NCBI GenBank assembly: GCA_001774395.1
Contig: MEZX01000001.1
Coordinates: forward strand, 27,643 to 91,642
Length of the DNA: 64,000 nt
Direction of reading: 5' to 3'
Origin: Candidatus Berkelbacteria bacterium RIFCSPLOWO2_01_FULL_50_28
GTDB lineage: Bacteria > Patescibacteriota > UBA1384 > 2-12-FULL-50-11
The notes below the pieces were generated by a model, which saw only the letters and a list, made by a program, of their open reading frames with translations, had not been told where the DNA came from and ran no database searches. The translations under genes and the position numbers were made by a program. Of this stretch, positions 9,037-17,867 are shown piece by piece (the stretch's first letter is position 1; each line of letters opens with the position of its first letter).

Positions 9037-9945
9037 TTGAGGTGGGCGCGTCTAATTCTGGGCTTTAAGCCGATGAGCCCCAGTAAATTATTCGATAAAT
9101 ATCGCGTTCAGTTGTGCTACTGCTTGGTACTAATCACTTTCTTGGCAGCCTCTGTGGGTGAAGGCCAGGCCTCGAATATGGAACCGTATAACTTATCTGA
9201 TGAGGTTATTGCCACCAGTGGTTTTATCGGCAAACCCCAGCTCATGGGCGGTCAAACCATTCTTACCGGTGAAATTCAGCAATCAGTAGTTATTGTTTAT
9301 CGCGTTGCCAAAGGCGACACGATATTGGATATCGCCAAACGCTACAACTTGAGTGTTGGCTCGATACTTGATGCAAATCATATGAAAGCCCTCGATGCCG
9401 CAAATATCCAGCCACGACAGAAACTAATCATTCCGGCCGAGGATACCAACACCTCCCTGGCGTGGCTGAAGGAGATCAACAAGGAAAAAGAGCGTCAGGC
9501 AAGGCTAGCCGAGGAAGCGAGACTAGAAGCGCTAGCCTCCCAATACTCCTGGAACGGCGGCGGTTACAGCCAGCCGAGTTACACCACCTACTCCGGTTAC
9601 CAGGTAATCGGCACCGATTGGGGTTCGTACGGCGGGTCCATTCCCGGGCAGTGTACTTCGTACGTCAATAAGATCTTCAACCTACCCAACCTGATGGGCA
9701 ACGGTAACCAGTACCTGGCCAGTGCGCGGGCTTACGGCATGGCAACGGGGTCTGTGCCACGCAACTATTCTATCATTCAAACTAACGAGTCCTGGTACGG
9801 TCACGTTGGCGTAGTCGTTGAGGTGAGTGCCACCACCATTACAATCCAAGATATGAACTACGCCGGAGAGGGTGTGATAACCCGCCGAACGTTATCTGTC
9901 AATGACCCGCGGATTGTTGGCTACGTCTACGCTCCCTTGAATTAA
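9037..9945 (+). CDS. LysM + CHAP peptidoglycan hydrolase
   Basis: YRVAKGDTILDIAKRY LysM; GQCTSYV and YGHVGVV CHAP catalytic motifs; true start may be downstream (e.g. 9073). Confidence 0.9.
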   Translation: MRWARLILGFKPMSPSKLFDKYRVQLCYCLVLITFLAASVGEGQASNMEPYNLSDEVIATSGFIGKPQLMGGQTILTGEIQQSVVIVYRVAKGDTILDIAKRYNLSVGSILDANHMKALDAANIQPRQKLIIPAEDTNTSLAWLKEINKEKERQARLAEEARLEALASQYSWNGGGYSQPSYTTYSGYQVIGTDWGSYGGSIPGQCTSYVNKIFNLPNLMGNGNQYLASARAYGMATGSVPRNYSIIQTNESWYGHVGVVVEVSATTITIQDMNYAGEGVITRRTLSVNDPRIVGYVYAPLN

Positions 9946-9969
9946 CGCTCAATTTCAGCAAAGATACTG

Positions 9970-10587
9970 GTGAATCTTGCGCATGGAGGTGCAAAGATGC
10001 GACTTTTCGTTCTTTTCGTCATTGTGTTGCTGGGACAAGGTAGTCCGGCAAACGCCCAGGAAACGTTCGGCGAGACCGAGCTCATTTCGGCTACCCGCGT
10101 CTGGCTTGATCGAATTTGGGACTTCGGGCAGAAAGCCCGTGAGACCCATCAGGAGATCGCGACTTCGGAGCTGACAACGGCAATCAACGATCTCATGCTC
10201 GGGCCGAGCGTCTTGGCTTCGGAAACCAAAAAGACTACCGAGGAACGGCGCGACACCTTGACAGCTTTTGCCGAAGGACTAGCAAAGATCTCGAAAGAAT
10301 ATCCGCCATACCGGATGAAACCGTTCGTGCTCGGTCTTCGCCTGGCCAAATCCGGCGAAGCGCCAGTGACGGAGAACTCGGTCGTTTGGATTGTTCGGGT
10401 TAATACGCCCGGAACCACGTCCAACGCTATAAAGTGGATCTTCCACTTGGTGGACGCGGCTAGCGCCGAACCGAACCTGATCGGTCAGAGGGTGCTGAAA
10501 CTTCTGGCCGTGTCCAAGGTCCTGCTGATCCTTCCGGACAACATCGACAATGCCCCGGCCGACAACGGCTGGGGCGGATTCTTATAA
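9970..10587 (+). CDS. Hypothetical secreted protein
   Basis: Signal-peptide-like MRLFVLFVIVLLG preceded by GGAGG (likely start 9997). Confidence 0.6.
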   Translation: MNLAHGGAKMRLFVLFVIVLLGQGSPANAQETFGETELISATRVWLDRIWDFGQKARETHQEIATSELTTAINDLMLGPSVLASETKKTTEERRDTLTAFAEGLAKISKEYPPYRMKPFVLGLRLAKSGEAPVTENSVVWIVRVNTPGTTSNAIKWIFHLVDAASAEPNLIGQRVLKLLAVSKVLLILPDNIDNAPADNGWGGFL

Positions 10588-10650
10588 GAAGTATCCCAGC
10601 TTCAACTATATTTCAACAGTTTCAAGCCAAGATTCTGCTACGATACTGAT

Positions 10651-11136
10651 ATGCGACGAGGATATTTGCGAAATTTCATTTTTGGAGCCGAAGATAGTTT
10701 AGTCTCAACTGTCGGGTTGCTCTCTGGCGTCTCATTTGCTGGTTTTAGCAGTCACGAAGTTATCCTTAGCGGAATAATTCTCATCCTGGTTGAATCAATT
10801 TCTATGGGCGCCGGAGTTTACCTGTCGGAAGATTCGGCCAACGAGCTACCGCAAGCGGGCGAGCACGACAACACCGTGGCCGATGCTGGGATTATGTTCA
10901 TTTCTTATTTGATAATTGGTTTGATCCCGCTCTTACCCTATATATTCTCCGCTGATACCAGGTTAGCTTTTTACTACTCAGTAGGTTTTTCGCTGATTTC
11001 TCTGTTCTGCCTCGGGTTATTCAAAGGCCAAGTTGTTGGCAAACATCCGATCTACAGCGCGATAAAAGTGTTTCTTGTGGGCGGGGTGGTCACGGCAATC
11101 GCAGTGGCGGTTGGTTTCTTCATTAAAACTGCGTAG
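10651..11136 (+). CDS. VIT1/CCC1 family transporter
   Basis: LRNFIFGAEDSLVS and SMGAGVYLS motifs. Confidence 0.9.
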   Translation: MRRGYLRNFIFGAEDSLVSTVGLLSGVSFAGFSSHEVILSGIILILVESISMGAGVYLSEDSANELPQAGEHDNTVADAGIMFISYLIIGLIPLLPYIFSADTRLAFYYSVGFSLISLFCLGLFKGQVVGKHPIYSAIKVFLVGGVVTAIAVAVGFFIKTA

Positions 11137-11145
11137 CGTATTAGC

Positions 11146-11266
11146 CCCTCGACTACGCTCGGGGTTCTTCGGTTTCCAGTACCAGAGTTAACCTACCTCA
11201 CTAGCTAACTCGAGAAGTTTACTCTGAGCGAACGATAGTGAGTCGAAGAGCGCCCCCGGTAGGAAT
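11146..11266 (-). repeat. tRNA 3'-associated structured repeat (family A) with a copy of the tRNA 3' end
   Basis: 11251-11266 CGCCCCCGGTAGGAAT versus tRNA 11307-11322 CGCCCTCGGTAGGAAT; CTCTGAGCGAACGATAGTGAGTCGAAGAG hairpin. Confidence 0.75.
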
Positions 11267-11306
11267 ACTCCCAAGTCGTCCCTACCGTGTTCACTCATTA
11301 CATTCG

Positions 11307-11380
11307 CGCCCTCGGTAGGAATCGAACCTACGACCTTGACGATAGAAGCGTCCTGCTCTAATCCGCTGAGCTACGAGGGC
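11307..11380 (-). tRNA. tRNA-Arg(TCT)
   Basis: Reverse complement GCCCTCGTAGCTCAGCGGATTAGAGCA-GGACG-CT-TCT-AT-CGTCA...GTTCGATTC. Confidence 0.93.
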
Positions 11381-11554
11381 ATGGGGTCAATTTTCAATTT
11401 ACAGTTTTCAATTTTCATTGAATACTCAATGTTCAATTTTCATACAGCCACGTAATTCTACCTCTTTCGGGCTGAGAAGTCGACGGGTATGGGCTGGATT
11501 TTTGGTCACAAGTATGGTACATTGTCCTCGCATCTAACGGAGGTGACTTAGGAA

Positions 11555-11842
11555 ATGGCTGGCACACGTGCAAGTTTATCAGCGGGCAAAGGGGCGGTTA
11601 GCAAGTTCCAACTTGCCGACAAGAGCGAGGGAACGATCACGATCGGCACCACGGAGGTCAACGTGAAAGTTGGTGGCACCGACACCAACTTTCAGAAGAT
11701 TTGCGGTGTCTTGATTGAGTACAAAGGTGGCGTCTGGGGCGAGACGATGAGCGAGGCGGAGACAGCCGTCTTTCTCAATGGTGTGAAGGCCTTTCTGGAA
11801 TGCACCGGGGGCACCTTCGGGTGGCCCAAACCATTCCCCTAA
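11555..11842 (+). CDS. Hypothetical protein
   Basis: ORF with GGAGG upstream and a terminator-like hairpin downstream. Confidence 0.6.
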   Translation: MAGTRASLSAGKGAVSKFQLADKSEGTITIGTTEVNVKVGGTDTNFQKICGVLIEYKGGVWGETMSEAETAVFLNGVKAFLECTGGTFGWPKPFP

Positions 11843-11869
11843 CTCATCTTGTGGCTAGAACCCACGATC

Positions 11870-11909
11870 CGCGTCCGACCAGGCAATCTCTGGCGGGCGC
11901 GCTTTTTTT
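11870..11909 (+). terminator. Intrinsic terminator
   Basis: CGCGTCCG...CGGGCGCG stem followed by a T run. Confidence 0.55.
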
Positions 11910-11925
11910 AAGCTATTTTATCGTT

Positions 11926-12492
11926 ATGGTCACACGCGAAGAAGCCTACAAACTACTAACCGACCACGTTCAGGGCGAGAGCTTAATCCGTCACTGCTTG
12001 GCGGTCGAGGCGTCAATGCGTTCGCTGGCTAAATTTTTCAGTGCCAACGAGGAGGCCTGGGGAATAGCTGGACTTTTGCACGACGCCGACTGGGAGGAAA
12101 CCAAAGACACGCCCGAACAACACACTTTAGTACTGTCTGAATGGCTGGAAGATTGGGATTTGGGCGACGAGGGCATAAAAAAAGCAATTCTGGCCCACAA
12201 TCATTTCCACAACGGTCACGAGCCGCCAACGAGCCAGTTTGAGTGGTCGCTTTACTGCGCCGACGAGCTAACCGGCCTAATCGTCGCCTGCGCGTTAGTT
12301 CAGCCAAATAAAAATATTGGTACCGTCACGGTTGATTCCGTTATGCGCAAATTCCCCGAAGCGGCTTTTGCCGCCGGGGTCGATCGCTCCAAAATCGAAC
12401 TATGCGAAACCGAGCTTAGTATTGATCTGGAAAGTTTCGTCGAAGTTGTACTCAAGGCAATGCAGGAAATCGCCGACCCGTTGGGTCTCTGA
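11926..12492 (+). CDS. HD-domain (HDIG-type) metal-dependent phosphohydrolase
   Basis: HCLAVEA, GLLHDAD, AILAHN and ADELTGLI motifs; start moved to MVTREEA. Confidence 0.9.
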   Translation: MVTREEAYKLLTDHVQGESLIRHCLAVEASMRSLAKFFSANEEAWGIAGLLHDADWEETKDTPEQHTLVLSEWLEDWDLGDEGIKKAILAHNHFHNGHEPPTSQFEWSLYCADELTGLIVACALVQPNKNIGTVTVDSVMRKFPEAAFAAGVDRSKIELCETELSIDLESFVEVVLKAMQEIADPLGL

Positions 12493-12601
12493 ATTCTCGC
12501 CTTCGGCTCGAAGTCGCCGAAGACTTGGGGTTATAAATAACCCGACAGAAGATCCGTCGGGTGGTTGTCGGCTACACGCGAGCTTGCTGGCGAGCCAGAG
12601 A

Positions 12602-13192
12602 CTAGCGACCATGACCGAGTACAGGATCAACAGGTATCTTCTTTAGCCAATCCGGACATTCAGCATAGCTCCAGTCTTCCAGATCGAGAGTGATTAGTGA
12701 AAACCGTTTAGGAATATCATCAAGGTTTGGCAGACTAACCTTTGTGCGATCAAATATCGTTCCCAAACCTACGATGATACCACCATTGGTACGAGCGATC
12801 TCGATCACTTTTCCCACTGAACCACCAGTGGTCAAGACGTCGTCAACAATCAGGACATTTTTGTCTTGGATTGGCGCATAGCGGCTACCCCGGAGGATTC
12901 CGTCTTTGATGAACGGTGTTCGGATGTCGTTGCCGGTCATTTGGATCAAGAGTGTGGCGACGGAACTTGCCATCAGATTACCACCCCCTGCCGGACCGAT
13001 GACGAAACTGATATTGTCATCAAGAAACGCCAACGCAATATCTTGGCAGCAGGTAAGCAGTAGCTTTGGGTTGGTCAGAATAACATCTTTGTCGAAATAC
13101 GTATTGCTGTGTCTACCGGAGGTGAGAATAAAATGACCAGCGACGATTGCGCCGGCATCTTCAAGAATTTTGAGGAACCGACCATTGTCCAT
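12602..13192 (-). CDS. pyrE: Orotate phosphoribosyltransferase-like protein
   Basis: GHFILTSGRHS and VLIVDDVLTTGGS PRPP-binding motif. Confidence 0.8.
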   Translation of the reverse strand: MDNGRFLKILEDAGAIVAGHFILTSGRHSNTYFDKDVILTNPKLLLTCCQDIALAFLDDNISFVIGPAGGGNLMASSVATLLIQMTGNDIRTPFIKDGILRGSRYAPIQDKNVLIVDDVLTTGGSVGKVIEIARTNGGIIVGLGTIFDRTKVSLPNLDDIPKRFSLITLDLEDWSYAECPDWLKKIPVDPVLGHGR

Positions 13193-13344
13193 AAATCTCC
13201 ATGTTGAGGTACAAAATTAGCCAGCTTGTGCTGACCCCTCCTCTTACGGGTATCGTACTCTATCTGACCCACAACATAAAGAAAACGCGCCCACCACTGG
13301 GCTACATTTTAGCAACAAATAGGCTAGGAATACAGGTGGACCCC

Positions 13345-13373
13345 TTGACTTTCACCTAGTTTTAATGTATAAA
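13345..13373 (+). promoter_or_regulatory. sigma70-type promoter
   Basis: TTGACT-17 nt-TATAAA. Confidence 0.6.
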
Positions 13374-13444
13374 CATATAACTAAATGAAAAAATACCCGT
13401 TAACGTTGGAATGTTCGTTCCGGCAACTATAAAATGATTGCAAT

Positions 13445-14767
13445 ATGATCAAAGTAACCGACCTCACAAACCAGGAGGCTTTCCCTAACACAAAGTACAG
13501 ATTCTCAAAAGTCACATTAGAAAACGATGATGCCGTTGTACTTGAGAGAGATTTTATCGGTGAAAATCCGCTCCACTATTATCTGGACCCCAAATTGCAA
13601 GAAGTCATCGTCGCCAGCTCAATAAGAGAAATCAATGGCTACCTTAAAAGCAAGGGGAGTAAATTTTTGTGGGAACACGTCAGGGCGGTCTCTAACAACA
13701 AAAAGGTCACAATAACCTCCAACACTTTTTATACCGCTAACCCCAGCATCATCGAATTGGGGCCAACGCTTCAAGAAATGCCAGAGCCCACAGTAGACGT
13801 TTCAAACATTCCTGCGGCAGGTGGATACATAAAGAACTTATTCGTCCAGTCGATTAAAGACCGGCTTCAAACCATTAACGATACAACAGTCGGTTTACTT
13901 CTTTCGGGAGGTCTTGATAGTATCACCACCGGTTTTTACCTAACAAAGAACCTGAACGGCAAAAAATTGCGCGCATTTACTCTGAAAGTGAACGAGGACG
14001 AGGCCGACATCAGCAAAAGCCGGGAAGTAGCAAAGCAGTTAGAAATACCCTTGACCGAAGTGAAAATAGGCCGAGACGGTGACAGTATCTCTATCGACGT
14101 TCAAGTCTACGATTCCAGTCGTTCCTTAGAGAAGGAGTACCACCTCTCAGATGAAAATATCAACGAAATTGTTAAGAAGGCTTTAACGATTGCGGAAAAT
14201 CCCAAGCGCGATAATCTGTTCTGCTCGCTGGCGATGTATCTAATTGGCCAGGCCGTCAAGAACGAGGGTGTAAAAATTGTTTTCTGCGGCGAAGGGCCAA
14301 ACGAGATGATAAACGACTACGGCTTCCAGCCACCGGCAGAAGGTTATCCGGACATGGGAGTTAGTAGCACCTACTTTCGACAAGCTCTGACGTTTGGCCT
14401 AAAGGAATCTGACTTGCAGCTAGGTCGAGGTGGACTTGGCAAACACGCCCTGCCCAGAATGGGGAAGATGTTTGCGTACTACGGCATCCGTCTAGAGTCC
14501 CCGTTTTTTAATCCTGACATTGCAAACACGCTAACTCGGGTCCCCTACGAAGATAAAGATTACAGTGTGATCAAACCAAAAATTGACGAGGCCATCCTCG
14601 GCGAAGACGGTCAGAAAGTGCTTGGAGCCTTTGAAGGTATATCAAAGGAAAAGTTCCAAGACGGTTCGGGAATAAGCAAAATATTCGAAGATTACTCGCA
14701 GGAACAGTTGGTAGAGCTGTTCAAAAAGATCTATGGGGCAAACAAGGAAGCGTATATAAAGGGTTAG
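13445..14767 (+). CDS. Asparagine synthase-related PP-loop ATP-dependent ligase
   Basis: RDFIGENPLHY, LLSGGLDS, GEGPNE and KEKFQDGSG motifs; no N-terminal catalytic Cys. Confidence 0.8.
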   Translation: MIKVTDLTNQEAFPNTKYRFSKVTLENDDAVVLERDFIGENPLHYYLDPKLQEVIVASSIREINGYLKSKGSKFLWEHVRAVSNNKKVTITSNTFYTANPSIIELGPTLQEMPEPTVDVSNIPAAGGYIKNLFVQSIKDRLQTINDTTVGLLLSGGLDSITTGFYLTKNLNGKKLRAFTLKVNEDEADISKSREVAKQLEIPLTEVKIGRDGDSISIDVQVYDSSRSLEKEYHLSDENINEIVKKALTIAENPKRDNLFCSLAMYLIGQAVKNEGVKIVFCGEGPNEMINDYGFQPPAEGYPDMGVSSTYFRQALTFGLKESDLQLGRGGLGKHALPRMGKMFAYYGIRLESPFFNPDIANTLTRVPYEDKDYSVIKPKIDEAILGEDGQKVLGAFEGISKEKFQDGSGISKIFEDYSQEQLVELFKKIYGANKEAYIKG

Positions 14768-14782
14768 CTGGCCAATTGGGTG

Positions 14783-15049
14783 CTACTTCAATTCGCCAGA
14801 GATTAGCTTGAGCTTCTTGGCTTGGGACCAATCCTTGATTTGGATTTCTCTTTTTCTGGCAAAAGACTTATTTGGAATAGCAGGCGAAATGTATACAAGA
14901 TTAAACGGACCTTGCTCAGTAGCCATCATCGCTCCCTCACCACGATTATGCTCTTGAATTCTGCGATCTGGATCTGTAGTTATACCAGTATAGAATCGGC
15001 CGGTTCTAGCTTTAGCAATGTAGAGAAACCACGGCTTTGACATACGCAT
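14783..15049 (-). CDS. GIY-YIG nuclease (UPF0213/YhbQ-like)
   Basis: FLYI...FYTGIT.D..RR..EHN.G.GA and ARKREIQIKDWSQAKK. Confidence 0.92.
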   Translation of the reverse strand: MRMSKPWFLYIAKARTGRFYTGITTDPDRRIQEHNRGEGAMMATEQGPFNLVYISPAIPNKSFARKREIQIKDWSQAKKLKLISGELK

Positions 15050-15056
15050 ATTATAC

Positions 15057-15184
15057 GTCGAAGAGCCTCTCGACTCACTACGTTCGCTCGAGGTTTCTCG
15101 ACTGGCAAGTCATGCAACCTCAAAAACCTCTCTGGCAGAGAGAGTTAGTTTACTTCGAATGAGCGTAGCGAATCGAGAAGTGGG
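15057..15184 (-). repeat. Structured repeat (family A) between the att site and the GIY-YIG gene
   Basis: TCGACTCACTACGTTCGCTC nearly identical to the reverse complement of 11222-11250; CCCACTTCTCG/TCGAAGTAAACT/CGAGAAACC shared with 514-571. Confidence 0.75.
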
Positions 15185-15299
15185 CTTGGCGGGAGCGTAT
15201 TCGCACTCTGTTAGCAGGTTTGTCCGAAGACGACCGGCGTTTCGTGGACGCAACTCCCTTTGACAGCAACCCAGATTCTTCGAAGAATGGAGGAGTAGT

Positions 15300-15704
15300 A
15301 TGAGCAAGGCGAACCATTCCGATTTAACCGCATTCTATCAACACATCTCCGAAATGGGCAGACTGGAGGTTGCCAGGAGGCGAGTCCAGGGAGAAACTAT
15401 CGGTCAGCCGCCGCTGGGGTTTCGAAAGGTCCAGGTGAATGGCAAAACCACCAACGCTCCAGATCCAGAGACCTTCCCTTTGTTGGTGCTGGCCCTCCAG
15501 ATGCGCAAAGAAGGCAGTACGCTCCGTGAGATCTGTTCGGTCATGTCCAAAAAGGGCTTGCAGTCGAAGCGTGGCAATCCGATTCAGCCAAACGGGATGC
15601 ACAAGATCCTCAAAACTTTCATCCGTTTGATTGGAGAAGCTTTTGTGGATACAACTTCTTTTGACAGCATCAGCAGCCAAGCTGAACTTAGCAAAGCAGC
15701 ATGA
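15300..15704 (+). CDS. Recombinase-domain-only protein (LSR DNA-binding domain, no catalytic resolvase domain)
   Basis: QPPLGFRK...PDPE...LREI...GLQSKRG...KIL; GGAGG SD. Confidence 0.8.
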   Translation: MSKANHSDLTAFYQHISEMGRLEVARRRVQGETIGQPPLGFRKVQVNGKTTNAPDPETFPLLVLALQMRKEGSTLREICSVMSKKGLQSKRGNPIQPNGMHKILKTFIRLIGEAFVDTTSFDSISSQAELSKAA

Positions 15705-16126
15705 CCAACGAGATGCAAGATTTCAAACGAGCATACTTCGCCCAAACGGGCCGAATGGCTCGGGAAGCAATGGCGGCCAAAGCCCGTAGCGGCATCTACC
15801 CGCTCAAGCTCCCGATTGGTTACAAGCGCGTTTTCGCCGAAGGCGAGGAACGAATCGAGCCCGATCCACAGACAGCCCCGATCATCAAACTCGCCTTTGA
15901 GCTAATCGCTCGCAAACGATCCTCGTTGTCCAAGGTGCTGGCAACTGTCAGAGCCAAGGGACTGAAGGGCCATTCAGGTCAGCCCATCAGCTTAAGCGCC
16001 CTGCATCGGCTCCTGACAAACTCGTTCTACTTTGGAGAGTACAAGTACAACGGGAGTGTCGTGCAAGGGAACTACCGGCCTCTGGTCAACCGAGGTGTTT
16101 GGAATCTTGTCGGCCGCTGCTCTTAG
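15701..16126 (+). CDS. Recombinase-domain-only protein (second copy)
   Basis: KARSGIYP..LPIGYK...EPDP..APIIKLAFE...LLTNSFYFG...GNYRPLV; ATGA overlap with the upstream gene. Confidence 0.85.
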   Translation: MTNEMQDFKRAYFAQTGRMAREAMAAKARSGIYPLKLPIGYKRVFAEGEERIEPDPQTAPIIKLAFELIARKRSSLSKVLATVRAKGLKGHSGQPISLSALHRLLTNSFYFGEYKYNGSVVQGNYRPLVNRGVWNLVGRCS

Positions 16127-16227
16127 CGAGAGACGAAGACGGCCCGGATAGCTTCTAGGGTCCATCCCCAGGAATCACAAGGCCGGAAGGTGCGAGAGTC
16201 GTTGGTCGCAAGAATCCGGGTCAGGTT

Positions 16228-16989
16228 CTAGACCCCACCGTCTATCAACAGTGTCTTCCCCATGGTGCCCTTTGGGATTATTCTAATGCGACATCCCAAC
16301 TCTGCTGCGACCATGCGAAGATCTTCAGCTGGTCGACCAATCAACTTCTGCGAAATGCGTTCCCACAGTTCTCGCACATCGTCCGGCGATATTGCCCAAA
16401 TGCGCTGCTGAAGCCCGGCAAACTCAGCGCGAGTTTCGTCGTCACCAAGGATATGCAGATCCCAGAACCAAAGAAGATACGTTGGCAAAGGCCCGAATTT
16501 CTGCTTGCCCCGCTGATGGGACTCGGGGTTCTGTTCCGCGTATTCGATCGCATGCCGGAATCTAGCCATGGCAGCGGGACGGACTGGTGCGTGAAGGCCA
16601 AATTCATCCAACTTCTTGTGCACCTCCAAGTCCAAGACTATTGAGGAGAGACTGTGCCAGAATTCTTTTATTGAGACGGGATCACCAGTCATTCCCTGAA
16701 CATAGTCTACTACGCCAGCGCCATCTGCCGCTTGAAGGTGGTGGATTAGCTCTTCTCCGAGAGCAGCTTGGAACTCTTCGTCAGGCAATTCAGGCTTGAT
16801 CCAAATGGCGATGTACGCGTCAACGTTTGGCTCAGCCAATGCGCTGTGGATCGGATCAACCTCCCTCTGAAGCTCCTGACTTGCGTTGGCATATGGAGCA
16901 ATGCGTAATGTCTTCTTGGGGAATGTCGCCATTACCTCGGAGATTACGGGCAACAGCACATCATTAACTCGGTGCCCTAGAAATTCCAT
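16228..16989 (-). CDS. Hypothetical protein with a zincin-like EELIH motif
   Basis: ALGEELIHHLQ; start taken as MEFLGH. Confidence 0.55.
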   Translation of the reverse strand: MEFLGHRVNDVLLPVISEVMATFPKKTLRIAPYANASQELQREVDPIHSALAEPNVDAYIAIWIKPELPDEEFQAALGEELIHHLQAADGAGVVDYVQGMTGDPVSIKEFWHSLSSIVLDLEVHKKLDEFGLHAPVRPAAMARFRHAIEYAEQNPESHQRGKQKFGPLPTYLLWFWDLHILGDDETRAEFAGLQQRIWAISPDDVRELWERISQKLIGRPAEDLRMVAAELGCRIRIIPKGTMGKTLLIDGGV

Positions 16990-17040
16990 ATGACTAAGCA
17001 ACAATGCGCAAGGAGCCGCCATATCTGCAAAAGGCTCTCA

Positions 17041-17787
17041 TCATGAGTACTGCGTCATTTCATAAGTTAGCGAACCGTATCGGGACAGGTTCTCTTGAAT
17101 TTGTCCAATTAGATGTTCAAGGCCGGGCATATCGGGTTTTACGACACGTTCCCATGTTTCCGTTCCCGGTTGTACTGTGGAGACATGGTTGTCATTCTTA
17201 AACAAGAAGCCACGAGCAAGAACACAAATCAGTTCGGGTCCATAGGTGTAATAGTCATTATTGTACAGTGAGGCCGAACGGCCGATGAACTCAATGATGG
17301 ACTCCCAGGACGGAGCGTCAAATGCGATCACGTAGCAGTTTGCTCGTGTCGGAGGAATCGGAACTCGCTCATCTCCGTGCCCCGCGCGATAGAAACCATG
17401 ATGTGGGGTTTTCTGCAGGTCCTTCGTTCGAGCCACCTTCGCCAAAGCCAATGCCAATCCGCCATCCGGTCCAAGGGAGAGTATGGATTTGCTCTCGATC
17501 AAGCTCGCCGCCTCCACTGGCACCACAGACTCCCCGCCAACCTGGAGACGACCAATTTGGTTGTCAACTAGAACAATGTCAGCCTCGTCCGAAGAGGCAC
17601 CCCTGCTGTCAACTACCTCCCCTTGTTCAACGCCCAGCCGCTGGGGGACATGTTTCTGAAGAAACTCTTTGATAAGCTCTTCTCGCGCCCGCCCTTTTGA
17701 AAGAGGTGCTGTTAGGATGCCAGCCGCTTTCGCTTGACTCAGCATGGCTTGTTCCAGGTGAACATAGTATTCACGCTGACTTGTCAT
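17041..17787 (-). CDS. DUF6602/NucC-like PD-(D/E)xK nuclease
   Basis: GRAREELIKEFL..HVP.R..V..GEVVD...SDEADIVLVD...VPVEA...IESKS; start taken as MTSQREY. Confidence 0.75.
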   Translation of the reverse strand: MTSQREYYVHLEQAMLSQAKAAGILTAPLSKGRAREELIKEFLQKHVPQRLGVEQGEVVDSRGASSDEADIVLVDNQIGRLQVGGESVVPVEAASLIESKSILSLGPDGGLALALAKVARTKDLQKTPHHGFYRAGHGDERVPIPPTRANCYVIAFDAPSWESIIEFIGRSASLYNNDYYTYGPELICVLARGFLFKNDNHVSTVQPGTETWERVVKPDMPGLEHLIGQIQENLSRYGSLTYEMTQYS

Positions 17788-17867
17788 TTCAAACCTCAAA
17801 CCCACGGAAACGCAGTCTGCTTTGCATTGGGGCCCATTATACCAATCAAACCTGAAGAGACAACTGT

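Noticed and set aside
9001-9063. c-di-GMP-I riboswitch
   Set aside because: Only CAAACC...GGGCGC matches; the GNRA loop and second stem are missing.
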